This document shows positions 20,021 through 28,769 of a stretch of 64,000 nucleotides of DNA, piece after piece. Under the pieces are notes generated by a model, which was given only the letters and a program-made list of their open reading frames with translations, had not been told where the DNA came from and searched no databases. The DNA is taken from positions 20,747 to 84,746 of the forward strand of contig DASWOQ010000082.1 in the NCBI GenBank assembly GCA_036398675.1, read 5' to 3'. This DNA comes from Rhodanobacter sp. Its GTDB lineage: Bacteria > Pseudomonadota > Gammaproteobacteria > Xanthomonadales > Rhodanobacteraceae. The first letter of the stretch is position 1; each line of letters opens with the position of its first letter. The position numbers and the translations under genes were made by a program.

Positions 20021-20773
20021 ATGGGTTCCACCTGTTTTCTGAAACTCGCGGCCGTCGCGCTGGCCGGTTGTCTCTTTGCCGGCATGGCGTGCGCGCAGGG
20101 ACTCAATACGCTCACGGCGCAGGAAAAAGCGGATGGCTGGCAGTTGCTGTTCGACGGCAACAGCCTGCACGGCTGGCACTCGTATCTGCAGAGCGCGCCG
20201 GCGAAGGACTGGAAGGTCAGCGATGGCGCGATCCTGATGGAGAAGAATCGTGGCGGCGACGAGAAAGATTTCGAGGATCTGGTCACCGACGGCGAGTTTG
20301 CCGATTTCGACCTGAAGCTGGAATGGAAGATGAGCCCCTGCGCCGACAGCGGCATCATGTTCCATGTGCACGAGTCGCCGAAGTACCACGAAACCTACGA
20401 GACCGGCCCCGAAATGCAGATCGCCGACCTGGCCTGCACCAAACCCGACAGCCGCGTGCTGTACGAGCGCTCCGGCGACCTGTTCGACCTGATCTCTTCC
20501 GACGTGGAATGGGTCAACGAGGCCGGCCAGTGGAACCAGTTCGAGATCATCTCGAACAAGGGCCACCTGCAGTTCTTCCAGAACGGACACAAGGTCGTGG
20601 AGACGCAGATCGGCGACGATGCCTGGAAGAAACTCGTCGCGCATACCAAGTTCACCCAATGGCCGGACTTCGCGACTTTCCGCAAAGGCCACATCTCCCT
20701 GCAGGGCAACGAAGACAAGGGCGAGGCGCCGATCCGCCTGTGGTTCCGCAACATCAAGCTTAGGGAATTGTAG
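20021..20773 (+). CDS. DUF1080 / 3-keto-disaccharide hydrolase family, secreted
   Basis: NTLTAQEKADGWQLLFDG, DSGIMF, GPEMQI, GHISLQ, FRNIKLREL. Confidence 0.88.
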   Translation: MGSTCFLKLAAVALAGCLFAGMACAQGLNTLTAQEKADGWQLLFDGNSLHGWHSYLQSAPAKDWKVSDGAILMEKNRGGDEKDFEDLVTDGEFADFDLKLEWKMSPCADSGIMFHVHESPKYHETYETGPEMQIADLACTKPDSRVLYERSGDLFDLISSDVEWVNEAGQWNQFEIISNKGHLQFFQNGHKVVETQIGDDAWKKLVAHTKFTQWPDFATFRKGHISLQGNEDKGEAPIRLWFRNIKLREL

Positions 20774-20789
20774 AGAGAGGAAGAATCCG

Positions 20790-21101
20790 GTGAGTCGTGC
20801 GGCATTGGTCACCGAGCTTGTGCGGCATGAGCGTGCCGTAACGGACATACTCAGGGAACTTGCGCCCTACGGATGGGACTGCGATTCGCCTCTGGTGCAG
20901 CTTCTGCCGGAGCACATCGTCGACGTACTCGATCGCTTTTTGAGCGGTGAGCTGAGTGCCGATCAGGTCGATGCCTGGGCGAACGCCATCGAATGCCGGG
21001 AGGATATTGGCTACGACCCGTCATCAGTTCCAGGCAAAGTCCTTCATGAACTGGCCAATGCCGCCTTGCCACGCGCGCATGCAGGTTTGAAAGGCCGATA
21101 A
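20790..21101 (+). CDS. Small acidic hypothetical protein
   Basis: GTG start after GAGAGG; MSRAALVTELV...LDRFLSGELSADQVDAWANAIECREDIGY...; no overlap with neighbours. Confidence 0.55.
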   Translation: MSRAALVTELVRHERAVTDILRELAPYGWDCDSPLVQLLPEHIVDVLDRFLSGELSADQVDAWANAIECREDIGYDPSSVPGKVLHELANAALPRAHAGLKGR

Positions 21102-21220
21102 AACTTCAATTGCCGGTTGGCCATGCGTTCCGCTTCAGCGGGCGCATAACGGGGCCGTACACAAAAGCGCGTAAGCTCAGAGTGCCCTGCACTGTGTGCA
21201 TGTGGGCATCCCGGAGCACG

Positions 21221-21646
21221 ATGCAACCTGAAACCCCAGGGATTTCGACAACGCTGGCGCGGCTGGCGGGGGAGGGTATGGATGCCGCGCGCATCGCAGC
21301 GGGCGCCGCTTCGGTCTGGCGCGCCATCGACGGCGCGCTGTCGCCGATCATCGGACGGGGTGGCGTCGCCGCGCTCTACAAGCGCAGCCTTTATCTCGCC
21401 CGCAGCGAGCATGCTTGCCTGGCCGATGTCTATGAAGCCATGTCCACGCCCGGCGAATACGTTGCCCTGCAATCCGCACTCTCGCAGCAGACGACGGTCG
21501 ATGCGGTTGCCGCCGTTCGCGGGCTCCTGCATACCTTTCATGGGCTACTGACGCATCTCATTGGCGAATCGCTCACCGAGCGGTTGCTTCGGTCCGCATG
21601 GGACAACCATTCAAGCGGCCAGGCCGTACAGGACATTCCGTCATGA
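21221..21646 (+). CDS. Small alpha-helical protein associated with KaiC-like ATPase
   Basis: GGAG RBS; stop overlaps KaiC-like ATG (ATGA); LSPIIGRGGVAALYKRSL. Confidence 0.75.
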   Translation: MQPETPGISTTLARLAGEGMDAARIAAGAASVWRAIDGALSPIIGRGGVAALYKRSLYLARSEHACLADVYEAMSTPGEYVALQSALSQQTTVDAVAAVRGLLHTFHGLLTHLIGESLTERLLRSAWDNHSSGQAVQDIPS

Positions 21647-23121
21647 TCACGGCCAAAGCAACCATCAACCGCCTGCCGACCGGCATACCCGGGCTGGACG
21701 AAGTGCTCGGCGGTGGCTTGCCGGAGTTTTCGTTCAATCTTCTGGCCGGCCCACCGGGTTCCGGCAAGACCACGTTGGCGCACCAGCTGATGTTTGCGCT
21801 GGCGACGCCCAAACGTCCGGCGCTGTACTTCACCGTGCTGGGCGAGCCGCCGCTGAAGATGCTGCGCTACCAGCAGCAGTTCGATTTTTTCGACGACGAG
21901 AAGATCAACCGATCGATCCATTTCATCAACCTTGCCGACGAAACGGCAACCGGCGATCTGAACAAGGTCTTGCAGAGGATCGTCAGCGAGGTCGAATCGC
22001 ACGATCCGGGCTTGGTCTTCGTCGACTCTTTCCGCTCGGTGATCCTCGCCAGCGAGACGGAAGGCAATGCGTTCATCAGCCTGCAGCAGTTTGTCCAGCA
22101 ACTGGGCATGCTGATGACGAGCTGGCAGGCGACCACCTTCCTGCTCGGCGAATACTTCAGCGAAAACGATCCGAGCCCGGTGTTCACGGTGGCCGACGGG
22201 CTGATCTGGTTGCGGCAGAGCGTACAGGGCAATTCGGTCGTCCGGAAGATGGACATCATGAAGATGCGTGGGCAGCCCACGCTTCCGGGCCTGCACACGT
22301 TTCGCATCAGCGACAACGGCATCCGCGTGTTCGCGCCGCCGCCGCTGGCGGTGCCGAACCGTTCGGAAACGGGCTCGCCTGACGGGCCACGCGTGAGCAT
22401 GGGCGTGCGTGGCCTCGACGCCATGATGGGTGGCGGACTTCCGGGCGGCTATTCATTGCTTGTCGCCGGCCCGTCGGGTTCGGGCAAGAGCATCCTCGCG
22501 TCGGCCTTCCTGGCCGAAGGCGCGCGGCTGGGCAAAACCGGGGTGATCGCGGCGTTCGAACAACGCTCGCACCGGTCGCGCGGGCCGCTTATTGCCGAGC
22601 TCATCGCGCATGATCGCATCGGTGTGGTAGATACGCTCGGCTCGTCGCTGTCGGTCGACGAGATCGCGATGCTGCTGATCGCGGAAATCCACCGGCTCAA
22701 GGCGAGCCGCGTGGTGATCGATTCGCTGTCCGGCTTCGAGCTTGCGCTGGCACCCACCTTCCGCGACGACTTCCGCGAGTCGCTGTCGCGTCTGGTGTCG
22801 GTATTGACCAGCATGGGGGTGACCGTGCTGATGACTTCGGAACTCGAGGATCGCTACAGCGAGCTTCGCTTCAGCCCGTACGGCACGGCATTCCTGACCG
22901 ATGCGATCATCGTGCAGCGTTATATCGAGGTGGACAGCCGGCTGCAGCGGGTGATGGCGGTGGTCAAGGTGCGGGCAAGCGAGCATTCGAACGAGCTGCG
23001 GCTGTTCCACATCGACGACGACGGCATCCAGATCGACGAGATGCTCGCTGGCTACGAAGGTCTGCTGGGTGGTCGGCCGACTCGCGGCCAGATATTGCCG
23101 AAAGTCACGGACGATGAATGA
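21643..23121 (+). CDS. KaiC-like double-domain RecA-fold ATPase
   Basis: Two units: TGIPGLDEVLGGG/GPPGSGKT/VDS/KMRG and GLDAMMGGG/GPSGSGKS/IDS/KVRA. Confidence 0.9.
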   Translation: MITAKATINRLPTGIPGLDEVLGGGLPEFSFNLLAGPPGSGKTTLAHQLMFALATPKRPALYFTVLGEPPLKMLRYQQQFDFFDDEKINRSIHFINLADETATGDLNKVLQRIVSEVESHDPGLVFVDSFRSVILASETEGNAFISLQQFVQQLGMLMTSWQATTFLLGEYFSENDPSPVFTVADGLIWLRQSVQGNSVVRKMDIMKMRGQPTLPGLHTFRISDNGIRVFAPPPLAVPNRSETGSPDGPRVSMGVRGLDAMMGGGLPGGYSLLVAGPSGSGKSILASAFLAEGARLGKTGVIAAFEQRSHRSRGPLIAELIAHDRIGVVDTLGSSLSVDEIAMLLIAEIHRLKASRVVIDSLSGFELALAPTFRDDFRESLSRLVSVLTSMGVTVLMTSELEDRYSELRFSPYGTAFLTDAIIVQRYIEVDSRLQRVMAVVKVRASEHSNELRLFHIDDDGIQIDEMLAGYEGLLGGRPTRGQILPKVTDDE

Positions 23122-23145
23122 GCGTTACGCCATGACGTCCCTGCC

Positions 23146-24315
23146 ATGAACGACCTCACCGATTCGCACACCGAGGCAGAAGCGACGCAGACGCTTGCCG
23201 TGCTCAACGGACAGGCTGACGAACTGCGTGCCGATCTTGCACGCTTGCGGCTGGAGTTGGCGGAACTGCAGCGCGACGTCCATCGCAATCGCAACGCGCA
23301 GTTGCTGGAAGCCAACCAGAAACTGGTGCTTGCCTTGCTCAGTGCGGAATCGATTGCCGAAACCGCGATCAACAACCTGACCGAGCTGACCCGTTCCAGC
23401 CAGCGCGATGCATTGAGCCACACCACCGACCGTGCGGTGCTGGTCAAGCGCTTCGCCAGCAGCGTGGCTACGGCACGGCGGCATGAAGAACTCGTTGCCG
23501 TGCGTGCCGCCGAAAAAGGCCGCGATTTGCAGGAGGCCAACGAGCAACTGGTGATGGCGGTGCTGGGTGCGCAGGAACTGGAAGCACATGCACAGGAGGC
23601 GCATCGCCAGCAGATCAAGTTCATGGCGATGGTCGCCCACGAGTTGCGCAACCCGCTGACCCCGATACGCATCGCGGCGAGCCTGCTTGTCGACCGCAAG
23701 AGTCACGACGAGCTGTCACTGGCCCGGCTGCAGGTCATTATCGACAGTCAGGTGACGCACATGTCGCGGCTCATCGGCGACCTGCTGGACGGGTCGCGCA
23801 TCAGCACCGGCAAGCTTCGCCTCGAACAGGGGGCGGTCGAGATGGTCGGCATCCTGAAAGCGGCGAGCGAAACCTGTCGCCCTGCGATGGAGTCGCGAAA
23901 ACAGGATCTGCTATGGGACGTGCCGGCAGGGCCGGTCGATCTGCACGGTGATGCGGTGCGCCTGGCGCAGATTTTCAGCAACTTGCTGGACAACGCGTCG
24001 AAGTACACGCCGGATGGCGGCCAGATCGCATTGACGATGGTGGTGCTCGACGATGCAGTGACGATCACCGTGTCCGACAACGGCATCGGCATCTCCTCCG
24101 AAGCGCTGCCGAATATCTTCGAATTGTTCGTGCAGGATGCACGTGCGTTGACGCATTCCAATGGCGGCCTCGGCATCGGGCTTGCCGTGGTGCGCGATCT
24201 GGTCGAGGCGCATGGCGGCACCGTGACCGGCTACAGCGCGGGCAAGGAGCTTGGCAGCGAGTTCAGCGTGACCTTGCCGCGCAACGGCATGCCGGCGCTC
24301 CCGGAAACTCCCTGA
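23146..24315 (+). CDS. Cytoplasmic sensor histidine kinase
   Basis: H-box AHELRNPL, N-box NLLDNASKY, DNGIGI, GGLGIGL; coiled-coil N-terminus, no TM. Confidence 0.92.
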   Translation: MNDLTDSHTEAEATQTLAVLNGQADELRADLARLRLELAELQRDVHRNRNAQLLEANQKLVLALLSAESIAETAINNLTELTRSSQRDALSHTTDRAVLVKRFASSVATARRHEELVAVRAAEKGRDLQEANEQLVMAVLGAQELEAHAQEAHRQQIKFMAMVAHELRNPLTPIRIAASLLVDRKSHDELSLARLQVIIDSQVTHMSRLIGDLLDGSRISTGKLRLEQGAVEMVGILKAASETCRPAMESRKQDLLWDVPAGPVDLHGDAVRLAQIFSNLLDNASKYTPDGGQIALTMVVLDDAVTITVSDNGIGISSEALPNIFELFVQDARALTHSNGGLGIGLAVVRDLVEAHGGTVTGYSAGKELGSEFSVTLPRNGMPALPETP

Positions 24316-24348
24316 CCGCATGCTGTTCGCGGCAGTGATGATGGCAGC

Positions 24349-24394
24349 GTCATGAAGAAGGGCCGGAAACTGCTTTCCGGCCCTTCTTCATGAC
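24349..24394. terminator. Long hairpin, bidirectional terminator candidate
   Basis: Perfect 21-bp arms gtcatgaagaagggccggaaa / tttccggcccttcttcatgac between convergent genes. Confidence 0.75.
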
Positions 24395-24421
24395 AGCGTT
24401 GAGTCGCTCAGCGGCGGCAAC

Positions 24422-24949
24422 TCAACCAGCGGATGAAGCGCTCGCCGGTGCGCCATCCTTGTGCTTGTGCGTGCCGTGACCGTGATGCCGCTTTGGCGTC
24501 TGGTTGCGGTACAGCGCGTCCGCGGTCTCTTTCTGCTCGGGAGTAAGCACGGCGTAGAGGTCGCTCATTGCGGACGAGAGTTTCTGCATGTTCTCCGCAT
24601 GCTCCTGCGCGAGCGCGGCATAGGATTTCATCGACTCGTCGGCATTCATCGTCGACAGTTTGCTCGAACGATCGTGGAAGGCCTGGCCTGTCTTTCGGGC
24701 GTTGTCGCGCATGGTCTGCGCGAAGGCGTCCCACTGCTTCGACTGGTCCGCGGTGATGTTGAGCTGGCTATGCAGATCGCTGATGCGCTGCTCCACGATA
24801 TCCGCCCGTTTCTGCCCGTGATGGCCCGTGGCGGGCGCACTGCTGGACGCGGATGCCGGTGCTGCCGTGGTCTGCGCCCAGGCCGAGGTGGTGAGCAGGG
24901 CGAACGCGAACATGGCGGGTGTGGCGATGTTGCGAATGATTTTTTTCAT
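24422..24949 (-). CDS. Spy/CpxP-family (LTXXQ) periplasmic chaperone
   Basis: Signal peptide (AWAQ), LNITADQ and LYAVLTPEQK motifs. Confidence 0.82.
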   Translation of the reverse strand: MKKIIRNIATPAMFAFALLTTSAWAQTTAAPASASSSAPATGHHGQKRADIVEQRISDLHSQLNITADQSKQWDAFAQTMRDNARKTGQAFHDRSSKLSTMNADESMKSYAALAQEHAENMQKLSSAMSDLYAVLTPEQKETADALYRNQTPKRHHGHGTHKHKDGAPASASSAG

Positions 24950-25016
24950 GGATGAAGAACTCCAATAGAGGTGGTCGGATCGGCGGCGTTCCGAAGCGGA
25001 GCGCCGCGGCACTCGC

Positions 25017-25355
25017 TCAGTAGCCGTCGTCCTGCGGCGGCGGATTGTTGTCGTCGTAGTAGACGACGCCCGGCGGCGTTGGCGGCGGCGCGTTGGAGTA
25101 GACGACATTCGGCGGCGGTCGCTGCGAGGCATTCGAGATGGCTGCGCCGGCGACTACGCCAAGCAGCGCGCCCGCGATGAGGCTGCCACCGCCACCGCCG
25201 TGCCCGTGCCGACGATAGTCGTGACGCGGCGGCGGCCGGTGATATCCGCCATGCCGGTGCTGCGCGGCGGCGGGCAGGGCGGTGGCCGTCATTGCCACCG
25301 CAAGGAACATGACGGCGATCCGGCGGTACAACGGAGTTCTGGAAGTGTGAGTCAT
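25017..25355 (-). CDS. Small secreted His/Pro-rich protein with glycine-zipper-like segment
   Basis: GAGGAGG RBS, signal peptide, IAGALLGVVAGAAI, PPP tracts. Confidence 0.72.
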   Translation of the reverse strand: MTHTSRTPLYRRIAVMFLAVAMTATALPAAAQHRHGGYHRPPPRHDYRRHGHGGGGGSLIAGALLGVVAGAAISNASQRPPPNVVYSNAPPPTPPGVVYYDDNNPPPQDDGY

Positions 25356-25552
25356 AAAGTGTCCTCCTCACTGATGCCACGGTGATCGCATGCATTGAGC
25401 TAATATCGAATGCTTGCGGATGGGTGAACTTGCGCGGCGACAGCGTCCGGTGACCGCTGTACCTGGCATGTTATTGCTGTGGCCGACGTCGCAGTTTATG
25501 CCAAAGTCCGTGATAGGGGCGTGCCGGCGCCAGACTTGAAAGGAATGCTGGA

Positions 25553-25979
25553 TCAGGTGTCGCCCAGCAATCCGGCTTCGGCCGCGTGGTCCTGGTTGCT
25601 GAAGATGGCCATGGCCGTGCGCATGCGCAGGAAACCCAGCTTGCGGTAGAAACCTTCCTTGCCCGGCTTGGCGTACAGGATGATTTTCCTGTGGCCCGTC
25701 GAGAATTCGCGGAGCTTCGCGATGATTGCCTTGCCCAGCCCGCTTCCCTGGTGGTCGGGATGGATCGCGATATCGCACAGGTACGAGCAATCGAGTCCGT
25801 CGGCCAGCGCGCGTCCGGCGCCGATCAGCCGGTCGCCTTCGTAGACGAAGCATTTGTAGCGGCTGTTGGAAAACACCGTCTCCAGGTCCGCGGGTTTCTT
25901 TTCGCCCAGCGGCGCGATGCGATAAAAGCTGCGACAGCTCGTTCCAGTCGACGGTTGCCTGATCGAAAACCCACTTCAT
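25553..25979 (-). pseudogene. GNAT N-acetyltransferase with +1 frameshift near codon 19
   Basis: MKWVFDQATVDWNELSQL then shifted frame YRIAPLGEKKPADLETVFSNSRY...HQGSGLGK...GFYRKLGF; extra base in the A4 run at 25924-25927. Confidence 0.75.
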
Positions 25980-26022
25980 GCTTCAACCCCCTTTGCGCGT
26001 GCATCGATTCGTTGCGCCACCA

Positions 26023-28428
26023 TCAATGCTGCCTGTCCGAGTGGATGTCGTAGCCTGCAGGCGCGGTGCAGCATGGCGGCCCCAGTCCGATCGCGGCACG
26101 TCCCAGCGATTTGACCGTGGGTTGATGGTCGGAGGAGAAGTTTGCAGCATGGCTGTCGCCGACGGGCTCGAACCGATAGCTGTGGCCGGCAAGTGGAGTG
26201 AAATCGAAGCGGCCGCCGTCGACCGTTTTCAGTGCTTTTCCATCCTGCAGAATCTGCATGCGACGCCCTTGCCAGGGTGTGGCGAAATGCATCGGCGTGC
26301 CGTCGCCAGCGTGAATTGCGAAGCTGCTCAACTGGCCGTCCACCGCTTCCACATCGGCCGCAACGCCATCGCGCAAGGCTACCGTTCCCGACATCGTCCA
26401 TCCTGGCGGTATTGCCGGGCCGATGCGGATCAGGCCGTTGTCGTCCTGGATCGCCAGCACTTCGGAAAGCGTGAGCGCGGCGATGCCGGCCTGCTCGAGA
26501 TAGAACTCGTTGGGCGGCCCCTGGATCAATGCCGACATGCCGTTGGGATAGACCTGGTAGAGCTGCACGAGCTGGAAAAGGCCTTGCGCCACGTCGTTGC
26601 CCAAGCCTAGCCGCGCCGCCTGCACCGGGTCGTAGCTCCAGGTGGCCTGATAGACGAACGGACGCAGCGCGTAGGTGCGTCGTGCGATGGCGAACAGCGG
26701 ATCGTCGAGGCCAATCAGCCCGTATGGCCACACTGCCTCGAGGCCGATGTTTTCACCGTTGCGATAGGGCGATGCGGGCATGTAGCTGGCCGCGATCACC
26801 TGGTCGCCGGGTCGGGCCGTCGTCGAAGGAGAAGCGACAGCCGAGGCGGCGACCACCGGCAACTGCGGCGTCTTCTGCAGTGCCGATGCCATCTGTGCGA
26901 CCAGGTCCGCATCGCGCTGCAACAGCCTGGCCGCGGCGATGGTGGCGGGATACAGCGCACGGATCGCGGCCAGGTCGGTGGTCGGGTCGGTCACATCCAT
27001 CTGGGTTTCGTGCGCATTCGAAGGCGACGTGTGCAGCAGGCCGTCGCTGCCGCGATGCTGGTACGAAAGCAGGAAGCGGGCGGATTCCGCCATCAGCGGA
27101 TAGTTGGCCTGCAGGAATGCCTTGTCGTGCGTGTGCAGCCACGTGCGCCATACCCACAGGCCGATCTCCGCACCCGTGCTCAGGGTGCGGGCGTTGGAGC
27201 TCGCCGTCCAGCCGAGGTCGCAACTGTGGGTGACGATGGGAAACGGCCGGAAGCGGTCGCTTTCGTACTCCACGCCCTGGCCGTTGAAGCGCATCGTCTC
27301 TGGCACGCAGATGCCGGGGCGCCCGCCCATGTGCTCGATGGTCCAGCGACGGATGGCATCGAGATGATCGCGATACAGCGCGAACACCGGCGCGTTGAGT
27401 TCGGGTACATGCGCGGCGAGATTGGCGCCCACCTGCATGCGCAGGTTCCAGAACCAGAACGCCGCAGGATCCCAGAAATGATCGTCGCCCGATGACGAGA
27501 ACAGATCCGCCATGCCGCCTTGCGATCCGGGGATATTGCCACCGCTGTGCGCAGCCGCGGCGAACAGGTACAGCGTGCGCATCGTTTCGGCGTAGCGGGC
27601 GGCGCCATCGGCCGATTCCGCACGGACCATGTACGCCCGCGACCAGAACGAATGCCACCACGCGGCAGTCGCCGCCACATCGACCGGCAGGGCGAGGACA
27701 TCGTGACTCACATCCGCTGCCGATGGCCGACCGTCGAAGGCCGGTGCGGCGATCACCACGGTGAGGTGGCCGTCCATCGTCGGGCGTGCGGCCACTTCTA
27801 CCGATCGGTCGTCGACGCGTCGTGCCTGCGCATCGCGTCCGATCGCCTCGATGGCTGCGAGCGAGCCGAACCTCTGGCCCGATGCGCCTGGCAAGCTGTC
27901 GTCGTGCCAGCTTTCCGCCAGCATGCCGACGGCGCCATGCGTCGAAGCGGCAGGATTGCGCGGTTCCCACAGGCGAAGGCGGATGCGCTGGACTTTCTCC
28001 GGCGCCAGCCCGGCCAGCTCGACGATCACCCGATCCGACGCGTGATCCACCCACGCCTTGAGGGTGATGCCGCCGCCGTGTTCCTCCAGCGTGCCGCCGT
28101 AGAGATTCACACGGCCATGGAATGCCCGATCTGCCGTCAGTGGTTTGAGGTCGAGAAAGCTCACCTGTCCAGGCGAGCGGCGGTAGGGAAGAGTATCGGA
28201 GCGATTGAGTTGCAGGGTCAGGCCATCGGCGGCCCAGAACGCGGCGCCCAGCCGCCCGTTGCCCAGGCCGACCGACTGGATCGGCAGGACATTCGGCTGG
28301 CCGAGCGCGATGTCCGACCGGCCGACCGCGGCGGCGGTGGCATCAGCTTGGGCCAGCGCCATGGTGGGTGGCAGCGAACAAAGCAGCATCACGCAGACCA
28401 GCCGGAAACGGATCGCCAAGTTCGCCAT
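26023..28428 (-). CDS. Secreted glycoside hydrolase, GH95/GH65-like (alpha/alpha)6 fold
   Basis: Signal peptide, LGNGRLGA, YPLMAESARF, SPSNAHE, IRIGPAIPPGW. Confidence 0.7.
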   Translation of the reverse strand: MANLAIRFRLVCVMLLCSLPPTMALAQADATAAAVGRSDIALGQPNVLPIQSVGLGNGRLGAAFWAADGLTLQLNRSDTLPYRRSPGQVSFLDLKPLTADRAFHGRVNLYGGTLEEHGGGITLKAWVDHASDRVIVELAGLAPEKVQRIRLRLWEPRNPAASTHGAVGMLAESWHDDSLPGASGQRFGSLAAIEAIGRDAQARRVDDRSVEVAARPTMDGHLTVVIAAPAFDGRPSAADVSHDVLALPVDVAATAAWWHSFWSRAYMVRAESADGAARYAETMRTLYLFAAAAHSGGNIPGSQGGMADLFSSSGDDHFWDPAAFWFWNLRMQVGANLAAHVPELNAPVFALYRDHLDAIRRWTIEHMGGRPGICVPETMRFNGQGVEYESDRFRPFPIVTHSCDLGWTASSNARTLSTGAEIGLWVWRTWLHTHDKAFLQANYPLMAESARFLLSYQHRGSDGLLHTSPSNAHETQMDVTDPTTDLAAIRALYPATIAAARLLQRDADLVAQMASALQKTPQLPVVAASAVASPSTTARPGDQVIAASYMPASPYRNGENIGLEAVWPYGLIGLDDPLFAIARRTYALRPFVYQATWSYDPVQAARLGLGNDVAQGLFQLVQLYQVYPNGMSALIQGPPNEFYLEQAGIAALTLSEVLAIQDDNGLIRIGPAIPPGWTMSGTVALRDGVAADVEAVDGQLSSFAIHAGDGTPMHFATPWQGRRMQILQDGKALKTVDGGRFDFTPLAGHSYRFEPVGDSHAANFSSDHQPTVKSLGRAAIGLGPPCCTAPAGYDIHSDRQH

Positions 28429-28769
28429 CGGAGCGCCTGTCGTAAAACTTCGATTCTGCGTCAAAGCCTCGGCACAGGCACAGTCCTTTCCACCGATCAG
28501 CGGCAACCGGGCGCGCCGTGTTGCAAACGCAGCTCGCGTGCGGCGAGGCACGATGCTGGTTTTCCGGCGAGCTTCGGCGAATCAGCTTGCGGCCATGCAC
28601 AACGACTCGGATATGGCCAGGCTTGGGAGTGCGAAAGGCAGCGGGTCGCCGCGCGCAGGATCCAGCGGAAAAGCGCGCGTGCGCAGGGGCGGTGATGCGA
28701 CCGTGGGCCGCCGGCCACAGGTGGCATCGGCTCTGGCAGAATCGATGCATCTGCCCAGTGGGAATCGAG

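Noticed and set aside
21643-23121. True circadian clock kaiC
   Set aside because: No kaiA/kaiB adjacent; catalytic EE pairs and Ser/Thr phosphosites are not conserved
24349-24394. Long inverted repeat as MITE or IS end
   Set aside because: Single copy seen, 4-nt loop, between convergent genes, no transposase; a terminator is the simpler explanation
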